Positions 36,021 to 46,724 of a stretch of DNA of 64,000 nucleotides are shown piece by piece. The translations under genes were made by a program, and so were the position numbers. The stretch's first letter is position 1. Each line of letters opens with the position of its first letter. The DNA is from Escherichia phage Andreotti. The notes under the pieces are model-generated. The model ran no database searches. It was given only the letters and a program-made list of their open reading frames with translations, and was not told the origin of the DNA. Where the stretch lies: sequence record MN850610.1; one strand, 5' to 3'.

Positions 36021-37373
36021 TTATTCGTAAGCCACTGTACCTTTCAAGTCAACATCCAAGATAGCCCCTGCTAAGATACCTGCGAAGGTAACATCTTTCA
36101 GGATACGTGCTTTCTTGTCTGCTAAAGCAACTTGAGAGGCTTTAGGAACATTAACTGTGTAAGATGACAGGAAGTTTCTGTTGACTGCTCTTTGCAGAGA
36201 GGTTTCAATGACTTGACGAATACGGGTAATACCAGTATCATCATAAGTAATCTTACCACCCTTCTGGTTAATTAGCAAGTCTCTCAGAGAAGTTTTCAGG
36301 TCTGATTCTAACCAGTCAACACCACGGACGATATCAATCCATTCCCCACCAGAAGTAATCCCTCTACGAACCACTGGAACACCACCATCAAGGTCAATAA
36401 AGTTACAGTGACGTACATCTAAAGCAGACTTCTGAATACTTGTCAGAGGTCTCTGATTAGATGGTTGTAGAGAAGCTGCTACGCCAGTTAGCTGAGCATT
36501 ACCCCAAGCAATTGAGCCTGCATCATATGGAGCACCATAAGCAATGTATGCCATCTCTGGGTAATCTTCTGCTGCTGCGTGATGCCACAAGCAAACTGTA
36601 CGAGTGTACATATTCTTAGCAAGCTGTGCTGGAACATCATTTGCACTGGCTAATTCTGTACCTTGTAGGGCTGTTACATCAGAGTTAGCCGTAAAGAAGA
36701 TTTTCTTACGAGCCTGAATCTCAGAAGCCATTGCTAAGACAAACTGTTGAGTTCTGTCTTCTGCTGCAATGAAATACCAGTCAGTAGAGTAAGCTTCGAT
36801 AGCTGCCAGAGCAGTTGCTGCTGTATCAGCAGTTGTACTTGCAATATATACAGTCTGTGCTGTGGTTGTTACTTTCACAAAGTCATTATCACCAGCTTTG
36901 GTAATAATCATTGTGGCAGAGCCATTGCTACCAGTTACATTCACAGAAACCTTATCTTTGATTGTTGGGTCAGCTTCAATCTGTGTTTTAAACTGTTGCA
37001 ACACTACCTCAGCAGTGTCTGAATCTTGTGCTGTGTACTGGTATGGTTGAGAAATTCCACCGCCAACAGCTACAGTAATTGAGTAGTCTGTACTTTCGGT
37101 AACGGCATCAGGAATTGATACAGTGTACTGCATAGCACGTCTACCAATATAAAGCTGAGTTACTTTAGGAGTCTGACTCCAAAGTTGTTTAGCAGCCTTA
37201 TATGCAGCAGACCTCTCATCGAAATCTTCAGCAACTTCAGTTAAGGAAGTGTAACCACGTACTCTTTCTTCAAAGTTATCTGTTGAAGCTAAGAATAGTG
37301 GCAAACCAAAACCTTCTCTTGTAGTTCCTGCGGTGTTCAATGTAATATCTACATTAACAATTGGATTCCACAT
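36021..37373 (-). CDS. tail sheath protein (by size and position)
   Basis: 450 aa, precedes tube gene; contractile-tail gene order. Confidence 0.5.
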   Translation of the reverse strand: MWNPIVNVDITLNTAGTTREGFGLPLFLASTDNFEERVRGYTSLTEVAEDFDERSAAYKAAKQLWSQTPKVTQLYIGRRAMQYTVSIPDAVTESTDYSITVAVGGGISQPYQYTAQDSDTAEVVLQQFKTQIEADPTIKDKVSVNVTGSNGSATMIITKAGDNDFVKVTTTAQTVYIASTTADTAATALAAIEAYSTDWYFIAAEDRTQQFVLAMASEIQARKKIFFTANSDVTALQGTELASANDVPAQLAKNMYTRTVCLWHHAAAEDYPEMAYIAYGAPYDAGSIAWGNAQLTGVAASLQPSNQRPLTSIQKSALDVRHCNFIDLDGGVPVVRRGITSGGEWIDIVRGVDWLESDLKTSLRDLLINQKGGKITYDDTGITRIRQVIETSLQRAVNRNFLSSYTVNVPKASQVALADKKARILKDVTFAGILAGAILDVDLKGTVAYE

Positions 37374-37973
37374 TTATTTTACCCCTTTGGAGTCTACATC
37401 TAGATGGATAGTATATTCTGGTGGCTCTTGTCCTTCTTCATAAACCAACTCACCATCAACAATGACACGCTCAATAATACTTCCACGTTCATCCTTCAGG
37501 ACTGAGTTTTTTACAAGAGTTACAACAAGAGGTGCAGAATTTTCGAAATCTGTATTGAGATAAGTATAGTCATTCGGGATAGCTCCAGTGTCTAGTACTG
37601 TAGCTCCTGTTTCTTCAAGGATTAAATCTCTGACTGAACTCATCTCTAATCGTTGTTTAAGCTCAAGCATAATACTGTGAGCACCTTTACCATTCACCGT
37701 AATTAATACTGGAATCTGAAAAGCAATTCTGTAGCAAACTACATCATCCTCAACAAACTTATCAAGAACCCAACCATAAGGTGTTGCAGCATCTTGACAA
37801 TATACGGTAATAAATGGCTGGTCAGGTTTTAAACCTTTGTCATTTGAGTTATCAGAAGGGTAAGCTCTAATTACATTTGGTCTATTATTTTTATCACGAG
37901 CTAGTCTGTGACCAATAACACCCACTAAGGTTCTAACTAGACCTTTTTCAAGTTCTGCTGTTTCTAACTGCAT
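37374..37973 (-). CDS. hypothetical head-tail joining/completion protein (199 aa)
   Basis: position between capsid and sheath genes. Confidence 0.4.
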   Translation of the reverse strand: MQLETAELEKGLVRTLVGVIGHRLARDKNNRPNVIRAYPSDNSNDKGLKPDQPFITVYCQDAATPYGWVLDKFVEDDVVCYRIAFQIPVLITVNGKGAHSIMLELKQRLEMSSVRDLILEETGATVLDTGAIPNDYTYLNTDFENSAPLVVTLVKNSVLKDERGSIIERVIVDGELVYEEGQEPPEYTIHLDVDSKGVK

Positions 37974-38349
37974 TCATTTTATCCCTTCTAATAATGATAT
38001 ATTCATAATGGGATGTATGGGCTAATTGCTGTGACCAATCCATAGTCATAAATACTTCATACTCATGACCATCAATCATAACAATATCAGACTCATTCCA
38101 CTCTACATCATCTGAAGTTCTAAGTCTATATGTGGTATACAGGATTCTTGTATCGGTAAGCCTGATACCTTCCGGTAAAGCAATTTGTGTACCATTCTTT
38201 ACAGAACCTTTGATATATGGCTGGATATTACCTTTACAGTTAACCTCTACAATATCTTGTGAAGCTACCCAATCACCATCATCATTATAATAACCGTCTT
38301 CAGAGACTTTACGCTTTACTACAAAGCTGTGTCTGTTTAAGAGTCTCAT
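37948..38349 (-). CDS. hypothetical head-tail joining protein (133 aa)
   Basis: position. Confidence 0.4.
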   Translation of the reverse strand: MRLLNRHSFVVKRKVSEDGYYNDDGDWVASQDIVEVNCKGNIQPYIKGSVKNGTQIALPEGIRLTDTRILYTTYRLRTSDDVEWNESDIVMIDGHEYEVFMTMDWSQQLAHTSHYEYIIIRRDKMNAVRNSRT

Positions 38350-38828
38350 TTCTTAATACCCTTCTTAGTAGAAATTTTATAAGCAAGGTTATCTCTTAAG
38401 TCACCTGTCTCAACAAGAGGTGCGTTAAAGCCTTTTTTCTTGACTGTGGAAGGTGCGTTAGGAGGGAGGATAGCAGAATTACCAAAACCCCTTTTAATTG
38501 CCTTTTGAGCATTCTTTGCAAATGCTTCTAAGGTATCTGAAGGGTCTGTGTTGAGACTGCTAAGTTGCTTATATAGATTCTTCTTAGTCTGCTCTAACAA
38601 GGTCTGTTTGTTTAGCATCATAGTGATTTCAAACAACCTACGATATACTTTACCAGAAGCTGAAGGAACCCCAATAACTTCTTGCAAATACATTAAAGCA
38701 GGATAAGAAAAACCAGAGCTATGTTGACCTTGTTCTTGAAAATACCCAACTTGAGCATTAGCCGTTTGCAAGTTCTTCATAGCCCCGACTAATTTTGCTC
38801 TAGCGGGGTGAATAACCCTTTTAACCAT
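38346..38828 (-). CDS. hypothetical head-tail joining protein (160 aa)
   Basis: position. Confidence 0.4.
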   Translation of the reverse strand: MVKRVIHPARAKLVGAMKNLQTANAQVGYFQEQGQHSSGFSYPALMYLQEVIGVPSASGKVYRRLFEITMMLNKQTLLEQTKKNLYKQLSSLNTDPSDTLEAFAKNAQKAIKRGFGNSAILPPNAPSTVKKKGFNAPLVETGDLRDNLAYKISTKKGIKK

Positions 38829-39277
38829 TATTCATCTCGCTCGATAATAAATACGCCATTAACACGGTTGCAGTAATCTCTGCCTTCGTATCTGGCAGCA
38901 TCACCATATTCTGTGTATTTCTTGACAGAGCAAGGATTCTGACGACGCATGTCAATATCACACTGATTAATACCACCTGCATAGGGTAGTCCTGAAACAG
39001 AGCTTTTAACAAGGTCGTCATAAACAGCTTTCAGAGACTTGAATCTGGAAGAGTTACGTAAATAAACACCACCAACCTTCTCATCTCCCATCTTGGCTAC
39101 TTGAAAGAGTAAATATTTAAGAGCTTTGATGGCTGCTTTCTTTTCATCCTTTCCAGATTCTAGATAGAACCACTCTAGCACAGACTGCTCAATAAGAATT
39201 TCATCATTATTGGTGTCTGTGCAGAGGATTCTTACTCTATCAAGAGGGTTATTGGCTGGGTCGCCTGTATAACACAT
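38828..39277 (-). CDS. hypothetical head completion protein (149 aa)
   Basis: position. Confidence 0.4.
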   Translation of the reverse strand: MCYTGDPANNPLDRVRILCTDTNNDEILIEQSVLEWFYLESGKDEKKAAIKALKYLLFQVAKMGDEKVGGVYLRNSSRFKSLKAVYDDLVKSSVSGLPYAGGINQCDIDMRRQNPCSVKKYTEYGDAARYEGRDYCNRVNGVFIIERDE

Positions 39278-39298
39278 TCATAACCCTCCTTAAGAATA

Positions 39299-40408
39299 TT
39301 ATTCTTGAGCGTCAGAACGAACATCTACCAGCAACTGAGGACGTGTGCAGTATGGCAGCATGTAAGAGTGAGCTTCAAAGTCAATACCTTCGTCACGGTC
39401 TTTTTCGTATTCGAATACGTACAGTTCCTGACCCAAAGTATTTGCATAACCCATCTTAGGACATGGGCCATATGCCACTTCGAAGATGTTGTTTGCTTCA
39501 CCCAGCATAGAAACGTTAGGGAAAGCATGACCTACACCTACAGTTCCATCCTGAGTAACACCATCAATACTAACCAGAGTATGAACCTTACCACGCTTGT
39601 CTTTGAACTTACCGTTGTACTGGACAAACTTAACACCACCGTAGTAGAAAGTGTTCATATGAGCCTGAACGCCGTCAGCACCACCAGTTCTCAGAGAACC
39701 AGTAATCTGTTGCCAAGCCAGTGGAGTCTGCTGTGCAAGATAAGCGTCACGAATCTTAGGGTGCTTAACCAGTTTGCTGAAGAATACACGGTCAACAACT
39801 ACGTGAATTTCTTCACCGTTGATTACAGTGCCAGTCTTAGCTTCGTCTTCCATGTGCATACGCAGTTCTTCAATAGCAGCATCGATGTCAGCATTAGGGT
39901 TGTCAAGGTCGAAGTAAATAGTCTTCTTCTCAACGTCGAACTGCTTGTACAGGTCAGCATACAGAGTACCACGAGCATCAACAACTTTACCCTTCAGAGC
40001 TTGCATAAACAAGAACTCACGAGTAATATCGAACTTGGTACGAATCTTCATCAGCTTCTTAGCACGTACTACAGCTTCAGTAGTCAGTTCGTTTGCAGTG
40101 CCTGGCTGACGTACACCCTGAATCTCATCAGGAGTAATGCTTTCAACTTCTTTGAAGTACATCATTGGGAAGCTGATTTGACGAACACGCTCAGGTGCGC
40201 TAGTCTCTGCTTTACGGCTATCACGGTCTACCGCATCAAGCAAGCTAACATCCCAATCAGTCAAGTCCATAAGGAAAGTAGTTTGGGTGATTGGTGCTGA
40301 ACGGAACAGACCTAAGTTGGAAATATACCCATAAGTATTAGGGATAGACTGGACTTCACCAGTCAGGTCAGCAAGGAAAAATCTGCTTTTTTCAGAATTA
40401 GTCAACAT
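39299..40408 (-). CDS. major capsid protein (by size and position)
   Basis: 369 aa downstream of protease/scaffold and decoration-like genes; long antisense ORF 39305-40300 judged spurious. Confidence 0.6.
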   Translation of the reverse strand: MLTNSEKSRFFLADLTGEVQSIPNTYGYISNLGLFRSAPITQTTFLMDLTDWDVSLLDAVDRDSRKAETSAPERVRQISFPMMYFKEVESITPDEIQGVRQPGTANELTTEAVVRAKKLMKIRTKFDITREFLFMQALKGKVVDARGTLYADLYKQFDVEKKTIYFDLDNPNADIDAAIEELRMHMEDEAKTGTVINGEEIHVVVDRVFFSKLVKHPKIRDAYLAQQTPLAWQQITGSLRTGGADGVQAHMNTFYYGGVKFVQYNGKFKDKRGKVHTLVSIDGVTQDGTVGVGHAFPNVSMLGEANNIFEVAYGPCPKMGYANTLGQELYVFEYEKDRDEGIDFEAHSYMLPYCTRPQLLVDVRSDAQE

Positions 40409-40441
40409 TGTAAAATTCTCCAGAATGTCTTATTATTGTTA

Positions 40442-40819
40442 TTACAGGCCAGTTGGTACGAAATCAATACCTTTAGCAGCCAGAGCTTTCTTGACTTCAG
40501 TAGCATCAACGCTTGATTCAAGAGTTAGCAGGTCTTTCAGTTCTGCATCACGGTGGATACCTACCACTTTCAACTGACCATGATAAGACAGTTGCAGGTC
40601 TGCGTAGAAATTAACGATACATACAGAGTCTGCTTGGGCTTCTTCTCCAGCTTGTACCTTAGTACCATCTGCTTTCAGAACTTCACCTACGCGGTATTCT
40701 GTTGAAGCAACTGGAGTGTACTCTTTACGAGAGTGGCCTGTTGGTGTAATCTGTTCCCAAAGAATGATATCATTCAGAGGTTCTCTGTTACCTAACTTAG
40801 TAAAACCTTGATATGCCAT
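40442..40819 (-). CDS. putative head decoration protein (125 aa)
   Basis: small protein between protease and capsid genes. Confidence 0.4.
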   Translation of the reverse strand: MAYQGFTKLGNREPLNDIILWEQITPTGHSRKEYTPVASTEYRVGEVLKADGTKVQAGEEAQADSVCIVNFYADLQLSYHGQLKVVGIHRDAELKDLLTLESSVDATEVKKALAAKGIDFVPTGL

Positions 40820-40830
40820 TATTGTGTTCC

Positions 40831-42177
40831 TTATTTGATAAGAGATTTTAGAGCATTCTGGAGAGCCAGTTTGCGTTGTTCAGCGGTGTCTTCGGAAGCA
40901 TTCTTAGCTGGTTCTTTTTCTTCTTCAACCAAATCAGCTTCGCCGTCATTACCCATTTCTTCCATAGCATTAGAATGTTCAAGAACAGCACCAGCAGTTT
41001 CTTTCAGCTTGGTAATTTCTGATTCTTTTTCTTCCATTGCAGAAGCATGGGACGCGATAGTTTCATTAAGTTTCTGGTTAGCACCTTCCATAGCATTCAT
41101 AAACAGAACACTCAGAGGGTTGTCAAGACCAGCACCTAAAATAGTCGTTGCAGCTTCTTTTGCATCAAATCCAAAAGCTTCAGCAGAAGCAGAAATCTTA
41201 TTAGTCAAATCTGACAAAGCAGCTTCCTGTTCTTTAGCTTTCATTTGAGCAACCTGAAGACGCAAAGCTTCTAGTTCTTGCTTTTCTTGTTCAGTCATTT
41301 CTTCACCTGAATTGTTAACGTTTAAACTTACAGGAGCCTCTTCAGAACCTTGTAAGTAATTTAAGAAATCATCTTGAGACATGATTGAGTTAATTAAACC
41401 AAGTTCAAGAGCTTCCTGAGCAGAATAAACATTCGCCTCAGTATTCTTTACAGCTTCTTCAGAGAGATTACGAGATTCGGCTACAAAACCTGTAAAGGTT
41501 GCGTAGGTATCATTAATTCTCTTTTGAAGTCTTTCTTTGCTTTCTTCTGAGAGTGCTTGGAATGGTGAACCCATACCTTTAAACTCACCAGCTTTGATGA
41601 CGTTAATTGTTACGCCATTCTTTTCAAATGCCTTAGTTAATTCCTGATGAACCATAATTACACCAATAGAACCAACATCTGCATCTGGTGATGCAATAAT
41701 TTCTTCAGCAGAAGATGCAAGAGCGTATGCAGCGGAACAAGCGAACTCATCTACATAAGCAATAATTTTCTTTTGGCCTCTTGAAGCCATAATGTGACGT
41801 GCTAATTCAAAGCAACCTGAAGCTTCACCACCACCGGAATCAATATGCAGAACAATAGTCTTGATTGACTCATCTGCTAAAGCTTCGTCAAAGCCTCTAC
41901 GCAAACCTTCATAAGAGCTTAATCCACCAGTACACATTGCATCAATGAATGTCATACGATGGGTTAAACCACCCATAATAGGAATAATAGCAATGTCATC
42001 TTTTACTTTTAAAAGACTTCTTGCTTCACCTTTGGGTTTATCAAAGTTTACTGCTGCTTGGACATCACCCAGCAATCTGTTATTCACATAAGTTGCTGCT
42101 GAGTGAGCTAATGATTCAGTGGCTAGTAAAGGTTGGTTGAATAATCTATCAGCAAGTCTGAAGATATTCGAACTCAT
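40831..42177 (-). CDS. prohead protease (S49/ClpP-like) fused to scaffold-like C-terminal region
   Basis: N-terminal half has ClpP/S49-like blocks (IPIMGGL..., HIDSGGGEASG, GSIGVIMVHQ); C-terminal half Ala/Glu-rich coiled coil. Confidence 0.65.
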   Translation of the reverse strand: MSSNIFRLADRLFNQPLLATESLAHSAATYVNNRLLGDVQAAVNFDKPKGEARSLLKVKDDIAIIPIMGGLTHRMTFIDAMCTGGLSSYEGLRRGFDEALADESIKTIVLHIDSGGGEASGCFELARHIMASRGQKKIIAYVDEFACSAAYALASSAEEIIASPDADVGSIGVIMVHQELTKAFEKNGVTINVIKAGEFKGMGSPFQALSEESKERLQKRINDTYATFTGFVAESRNLSEEAVKNTEANVYSAQEALELGLINSIMSQDDFLNYLQGSEEAPVSLNVNNSGEEMTEQEKQELEALRLQVAQMKAKEQEAALSDLTNKISASAEAFGFDAKEAATTILGAGLDNPLSVLFMNAMEGANQKLNETIASHASAMEEKESEITKLKETAGAVLEHSNAMEEMGNDGEADLVEEEKEPAKNASEDTAEQRKLALQNALKSLIK

Positions 42178-42188
42178 TTTTACTCACC

Positions 42189-42521
42189 CTATTTGTTTAA
42201 ATCTACAGAGACTGAAGAGATAACATAGATACCTTCTTCAGCAAAGAATTGAGGTTTGCTAAGAGCACCAGTTGCCACGCATTTATCGTTAGCATCCCAC
42301 AAGCTATAGTGTGAGACCGTTGCAGAAGCTGGAACAGTAATATTAACTGTATCTTCTGAGGCAATTAAGCCATTATCCGGTTCAGAAAAATAAATAGCCA
42401 CTGGCTGAGTAACCTTATTTGCTGTAGGGTCTGCCGTTGGGTCTACATTGTGTAAAATAATAGTCGTTGGGGTTAGCGTGGCGAGGATTTTATTCTTACC
42501 ATCAATAGTTAATGTTCCCAT
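42189..42521 (-). CDS. hypothetical virion-module protein (110 aa)
   Basis: ORF track. Confidence 0.4.
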   Translation of the reverse strand: MGTLTIDGKNKILATLTPTTIILHNVDPTADPTANKVTQPVAIYFSEPDNGLIASEDTVNITVPASATVSHYSLWDANDKCVATGALSKPQFFAEEGIYVISSVSVDLNK

Positions 42522-43021
42522 TAATTAAACCTTACTTTTTGTTTAAGGACTGTTGAATGGTTACCAGATTCATCTACCACATTTACAATCATATCATATA
42601 CTTTACCTTTGACAAGTACTTTGTAATCATTTTGTGAAAAAATGTATTCAAGTCTGTTTGTTTCTTTATTAACTGTCATTGGAGATTGAAATGCAGTGTC
42701 GAGGGTAATGAAAGCGGCTTCAATGCTATTAACATTGATACGTTTATTCTCGCAGTTATATAACTTTACACCCAAAAGGCATGAACTGTCAAATGGAATT
42801 TTAACAATTTCACTACAATTTCCTGAAATAAACGGTTTTCCACTCATTGGTGCATCAAGTAACCTGCAAATAGTGAAAACGTCAGAGGTTCCACCATCAC
42901 TTACATAACCTGAAAGGCTGACCCTTGAGCCAGCCCCTACAGATAATTTGTCAGTGATAATAAGAACACCTCTATACGAATGCACTCGTGTAGCATTTGA
43001 AATAGAGATAACTTCAGCCAT
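42521..43021 (-). CDS. hypothetical virion-module protein (166 aa)
   Basis: ORF track. Confidence 0.4.
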   Translation of the reverse strand: MAEVISISNATRVHSYRGVLIITDKLSVGAGSRVSLSGYVSDGGTSDVFTICRLLDAPMSGKPFISGNCSEIVKIPFDSSCLLGVKLYNCENKRINVNSIEAAFITLDTAFQSPMTVNKETNRLEYIFSQNDYKVLVKGKVYDMIVNVVDESGNHSTVLKQKVRFN

Positions 43022-44487
43022 TATTTATTTGCCTTATTTGCTGTGCTTGGGTCTTTCGCTGAAGGTGTCTTTGCAGTACCTTCTCCAGCGGTCTTATAAC
43101 CATCTCCTGAGCGGCTTTGACTATTTGGAGAAAGCTTTTCAGATACTGGTTGAGACTCATCAGCAGGAGGAAGACCAATATGCTCTCTAAGCTTGTTAGA
43201 TAGCTCTTTGTCAACTTCCAAAGCACCTACTGCAACAGTCTTCTGGATATAAGAGCCAATTGCTTCAAGGTCTGGAGTTTCGATATCATCATATGTGATT
43301 TGTACATGTTCTTCATCGTCCCACATATTAAGAGCATAAGTCTGTGCAACTAAATCACGGTTAATTACGTTCTTAATTTGCTTCAGCAGAATATCTACCG
43401 ACATTGCTAGTAAGCTTGTCTTAGAATCTGCAAGAGAGAATGAACCGTATTTTGACTGACCCATAGCAAGAACATCTGACATAAATGCCATCATAATCTG
43501 CTTGGAATATCTGTCAATAATAGAACCTGTGTCGTATGCTTTAGCACCCTGTCTAGAAACTAATGAGAACTCGAAAATATCCTCTTTAGTATCTGGGTCG
43601 ATATATCTAGGCCAGATTAAACCTGCTCTGTCATTTGCAATCATATCATTAACAACAGTTTTGCAGTATTGTACGAAAGCTTTCTTTTCAGGTTCTGCAT
43701 TTTCATCCAGATAGTCCGGTGGTAAACCAATCTTTGGCATACCTACCAAGTCTCTTGAAACACCAACAGCTTCATACTCTTCAATCTGTACTTTATATTT
43801 CCACGGTACATAAGCATTAAGTAATGGTGAACGACCTTCTGGGTTTCCATATTCATCGTCATACTTAAACAGCATGAATTTAGCTCGTGGAAGTTTTCTT
43901 GTCAGTGGTCTTTCTCCGAGATTAATTGCTCCAGCAATATGTGAAACATTTCTCAGATTCTGTCTAACACCAGTAACTTTTCTAAAGTCTTCGTCAAAGT
44001 ACCACTTATCAAGCGTTGACTGGTTTCTGATTGGCAATTTAGCCCATCCGATTAAACCATCATCGAATTTCGATTGGTACTTCCCTTTCTTACCCTGACG
44101 CTTCTTATAAACTTTTTCATTAACACAGAACCCATAAGTGCAGAATGACATTACAGAATTAATAAAATCTGCCCAATCATGCTCCATGTCATCCATTAAA
44201 GAATTAAAGAAGTCTGCTCTTTCAAGCATTTTAGGGTCTTGCTCTTTTCCCTTTGGAGGTACGAATCTCCAGTTGACTTTTCTGACAAACATCTTAATAA
44301 TATTTACAGATGCTGCTACAGCAGGGTCACGCATCATTAATTGGAAAGTTTTAATACTTTCAGGGAACCTTAGTGCCTGACGAGGTTCTTCATAGATTCT
44401 TCCATTCTTAACCTTCAGACCCAAAGAACCTACTTCACCCATTCTAAATGGTGGTAAGCTTTCTTGTGTTTCTGTAATATCTGCCAT
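43021..44487 (-). CDS. portal protein (by size and position)
   Basis: 488 aa immediately downstream of large terminase. Confidence 0.65.
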   Translation of the reverse strand: MADITETQESLPPFRMGEVGSLGLKVKNGRIYEEPRQALRFPESIKTFQLMMRDPAVAASVNIIKMFVRKVNWRFVPPKGKEQDPKMLERADFFNSLMDDMEHDWADFINSVMSFCTYGFCVNEKVYKKRQGKKGKYQSKFDDGLIGWAKLPIRNQSTLDKWYFDEDFRKVTGVRQNLRNVSHIAGAINLGERPLTRKLPRAKFMLFKYDDEYGNPEGRSPLLNAYVPWKYKVQIEEYEAVGVSRDLVGMPKIGLPPDYLDENAEPEKKAFVQYCKTVVNDMIANDRAGLIWPRYIDPDTKEDIFEFSLVSRQGAKAYDTGSIIDRYSKQIMMAFMSDVLAMGQSKYGSFSLADSKTSLLAMSVDILLKQIKNVINRDLVAQTYALNMWDDEEHVQITYDDIETPDLEAIGSYIQKTVAVGALEVDKELSNKLREHIGLPPADESQPVSEKLSPNSQSRSGDGYKTAGEGTAKTPSAKDPSTANKANK

Positions 44488-44504
44488 TCTTCTTCACCTA
44501 GCTA

Positions 44505-46121
44505 TCAACGTCTAAGCCCCTCATATGGGTTTCCTCTCACTAAGTCTGTGTGAGCACCCATTGATGGTGGCTTGAATAATTTAACTTCGTTAAGACTGTT
44601 GAAAGCATCACTGGTAGCATCCACTTGGTCATCTTTAGTTTTACCATCACCACAAAAACCTTCAAGTTCTTGAAAGTAAGCTTCATTCCAACTACCTCTC
44701 AAGACTTTTACAAGTCCAGCTTCAGAAGCAGCAGAAAATCCCGCAAATCGGGTAACTTTATCTTTATTTGTTGGTTTGGCTCTTGCACGATAGCCTTTCT
44801 CGGCAAGTTTCCTGATGAGGGATGTTGCGTAGGATTTACCAGCAGCGCCTGGGTCTTGAGGGATAAAAATACCAGTTCGCTTACCGTCACTTTCAGCAGT
44901 CAAATTAATTTGTGTTTCGACTCCAGAGGGTCTATCTCTAAATCTTACTACATCAATGATATAATAGCAACCGTCTTTTTTAGATTTACCCATCTTAACA
45001 CCTGCTGTCCAGTCTGGATTAGGGTTAACCTCAGATGGTAAAGTTGCTGCTAAGTCCCATGCTCTAACATCAAATACATCTTCTGGGAGTGAATCAACAA
45101 TTTCACACCATTGTCTTTGCCAATAGTTTGAACCTTCTGCACGAGCCTTCCAGTTACCGAAACGAAGTCTTGCAACGTTTACAGGAGTGTTGTTTTCAAG
45201 CTTACCGCGATACTTTGGTTCTAAGAAGTCAAGAATTGGGTTATCATCAATCGTACCAGAGATGAAGGTGTATGTTTGAGGAATCTCAAGAGGGAACATT
45301 TCAAGAATCTTGTCTCTCTCCCAATCAGAAACCATCACACCATCGTTCATTACATACCAACGAATACGACCACACTTTTCAGGGTCTGGATAACCTTCTT
45401 CATCTAAGAATGGTTCTACCCAATCATAAATAAAATGGTCTCTGTCTGGGTTCATGGAAATCTTCATGTATGAATCGCCTTCAGCACCAGAACGTAGACG
45501 GGTTTGTAGGTATGAAATCTGTGAAGCAGAGAAGTGTGTACCTTCGTCAAAGTAAATAGCTGAGTATTCAATACCCTGATGACCTTCAGCGTGCTTTTCA
45601 AGTTCTAGGTAGGTAAACTTGATAGTTGCCCCAGAAGGGAATGTAATAGTCATCTTCTGCTCGTGAGGAACCCCACCAAACTTACCAAATAGTTTCTTTG
45701 CAGCAGGCCATAAACCACCTTGTAACTGTGTTGTATTTCGACGGAAATATACAGCATTATAGTTAGGGTCTTCAATAAACCTTAAAGAGTCCATTAACAA
45801 TGCGGCAGTTTTACCAGCACCAGCAGCACCACCATAGAGAACCAAGTCAGCATTAGTATTTAAAAAGACCTCTTGAGAACCCGGTTGAGGGGCTACATAG
45901 TTCTTATCAGTCATCAATTTAAAGATGAGGCGAACTTGGTCTGGTGTGTATCTTAATAAAGTCAGAATTTGAGTTGGAAGGAATTTAGAGGGGTCTTTAC
46001 CGAATGATTTAATAATTTCTTTTACTTCATCAGAAAGCCCCAACTCTCCAGCTAGGACTTTCCTAACATCTTCCACTCGCTTCTGCTTAACAGCATTTAA
46101 GTCCATTAAGCACCTCCGCAA
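44505..46121 (-). CDS. terminase large subunit
   Basis: Walker A LYGGAAGAGKTAAL near N-terminus, C-terminal nuclease-like acidic residues; 538 aa; first large gene of virion operon. Confidence 0.85.
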   Translation of the reverse strand: MRRCLMDLNAVKQKRVEDVRKVLAGELGLSDEVKEIIKSFGKDPSKFLPTQILTLLRYTPDQVRLIFKLMTDKNYVAPQPGSQEVFLNTNADLVLYGGAAGAGKTAALLMDSLRFIEDPNYNAVYFRRNTTQLQGGLWPAAKKLFGKFGGVPHEQKMTITFPSGATIKFTYLELEKHAEGHQGIEYSAIYFDEGTHFSASQISYLQTRLRSGAEGDSYMKISMNPDRDHFIYDWVEPFLDEEGYPDPEKCGRIRWYVMNDGVMVSDWERDKILEMFPLEIPQTYTFISGTIDDNPILDFLEPKYRGKLENNTPVNVARLRFGNWKARAEGSNYWQRQWCEIVDSLPEDVFDVRAWDLAATLPSEVNPNPDWTAGVKMGKSKKDGCYYIIDVVRFRDRPSGVETQINLTAESDGKRTGIFIPQDPGAAGKSYATSLIRKLAEKGYRARAKPTNKDKVTRFAGFSAASEAGLVKVLRGSWNEAYFQELEGFCGDGKTKDDQVDATSDAFNSLNEVKLFKPPSMGAHTDLVRGNPYEGLRR

Positions 46122-46127
46122 ATAGAA

Positions 46128-46328
46128 TTATTCAGAGTCTGTAGCAGTCTCTTCTTTCTTAACTTCGAACTTTGCATCAACAGCATCAAGAAGTGCATCC
46201 ATAGATGCTTCTTTAATATCAATACCTGTTGCTACAGACAATCTGTCTGCAATTGCCATGATAGTATTCTGCATAAATTCTAGCTTTTTGTTAGCTTCAT
46301 AAAGTTCTTTATAAACGGTCTCACTCAT
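46128..46328 (-). CDS. hypothetical small protein upstream of terminase (66 aa)
   Basis: ORF track; too small to call small terminase confidently. Confidence 0.4.
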   Translation of the reverse strand: MSETVYKELYEANKKLEFMQNTIMAIADRLSVATGIDIKEASMDALLDAVDAKFEVKKEETATDSE

Positions 46329-46453
46329 TATGTTTTCTCCAAATAATTAACCATGTTTCTCCTTAAAAAAGACGGCACGGAGACCGTCAAGGAGAAACCA
46401 CAATGTACGTCAGAGACATACTGTATAAGTCTTCTTATAAAGTATAACTCTGT

Positions 46454-46514
46454 AAAAAAGCCCTGTCTAAAAATACTCTTCGGTAGCGAAAGGAAGAATA
46501 CTTATAGCAGGGCA
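46454..46514 (-). terminator. extended imperfect hairpin after tRNA array (candidate terminator)
   Basis: GCCCTG...CAGGGC long stem with A-run on plus side. Confidence 0.3.
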
Positions 46515-46540
46515 TTATTATTATTTTAATTGAGAGAGAG

Positions 46541-46616
46541 TAAAATAACTTGGAGAATCCGAAGGGACTCGAACCCTTATAAACCTGTTTTGCAGACAGG
46601 CACATATCCATTTCTG
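46541..46616 (-). tRNA. tRNA-Cys (anticodon GCA)
   Basis: manual cloverleaf: 7-bp acceptor GAATCCG/CGGATTC, T-arm AAGGG-TTCGAGT-CCCTT, anticodon loop CUGCAAA, CCA encoded. Confidence 0.75.
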
Positions 46617-46620
46617 TCAC

Positions 46621-46713
46621 GGATTCAAATTGGAGGAAGATACCAGACTTGAACTGGTACACCGATTTCTCAGCTACTGGCAGTTTAGCAAACTGCTCCC
46701 TTACCTTTTAGGG
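46621..46713 (-). tRNA. tRNA-Ser (anticodon GCU), class II with long variable arm
   Basis: 93 nt; acceptor GGAAGAT/ATCTTCC, anticodon stem GCAGT/ACTGC, loop UUGCUAA, T-loop TTCAAGT. Confidence 0.7.
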
Positions 46714-46724
46714 TTAATCTTCCA

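Noticed and set aside
39305-40300. 331-aa plus-strand ORF antisense to the major capsid gene
   Set aside because: Lies entirely within and opposite the capsid gene; translation is low-complexity (Leu/Ser/Val-rich), typical of a spurious antisense frame.
40808-41248. 146-aa plus-strand ORF
   Set aside because: Antisense within the protease/scaffold gene; Ser/Ala-rich low-complexity translation.
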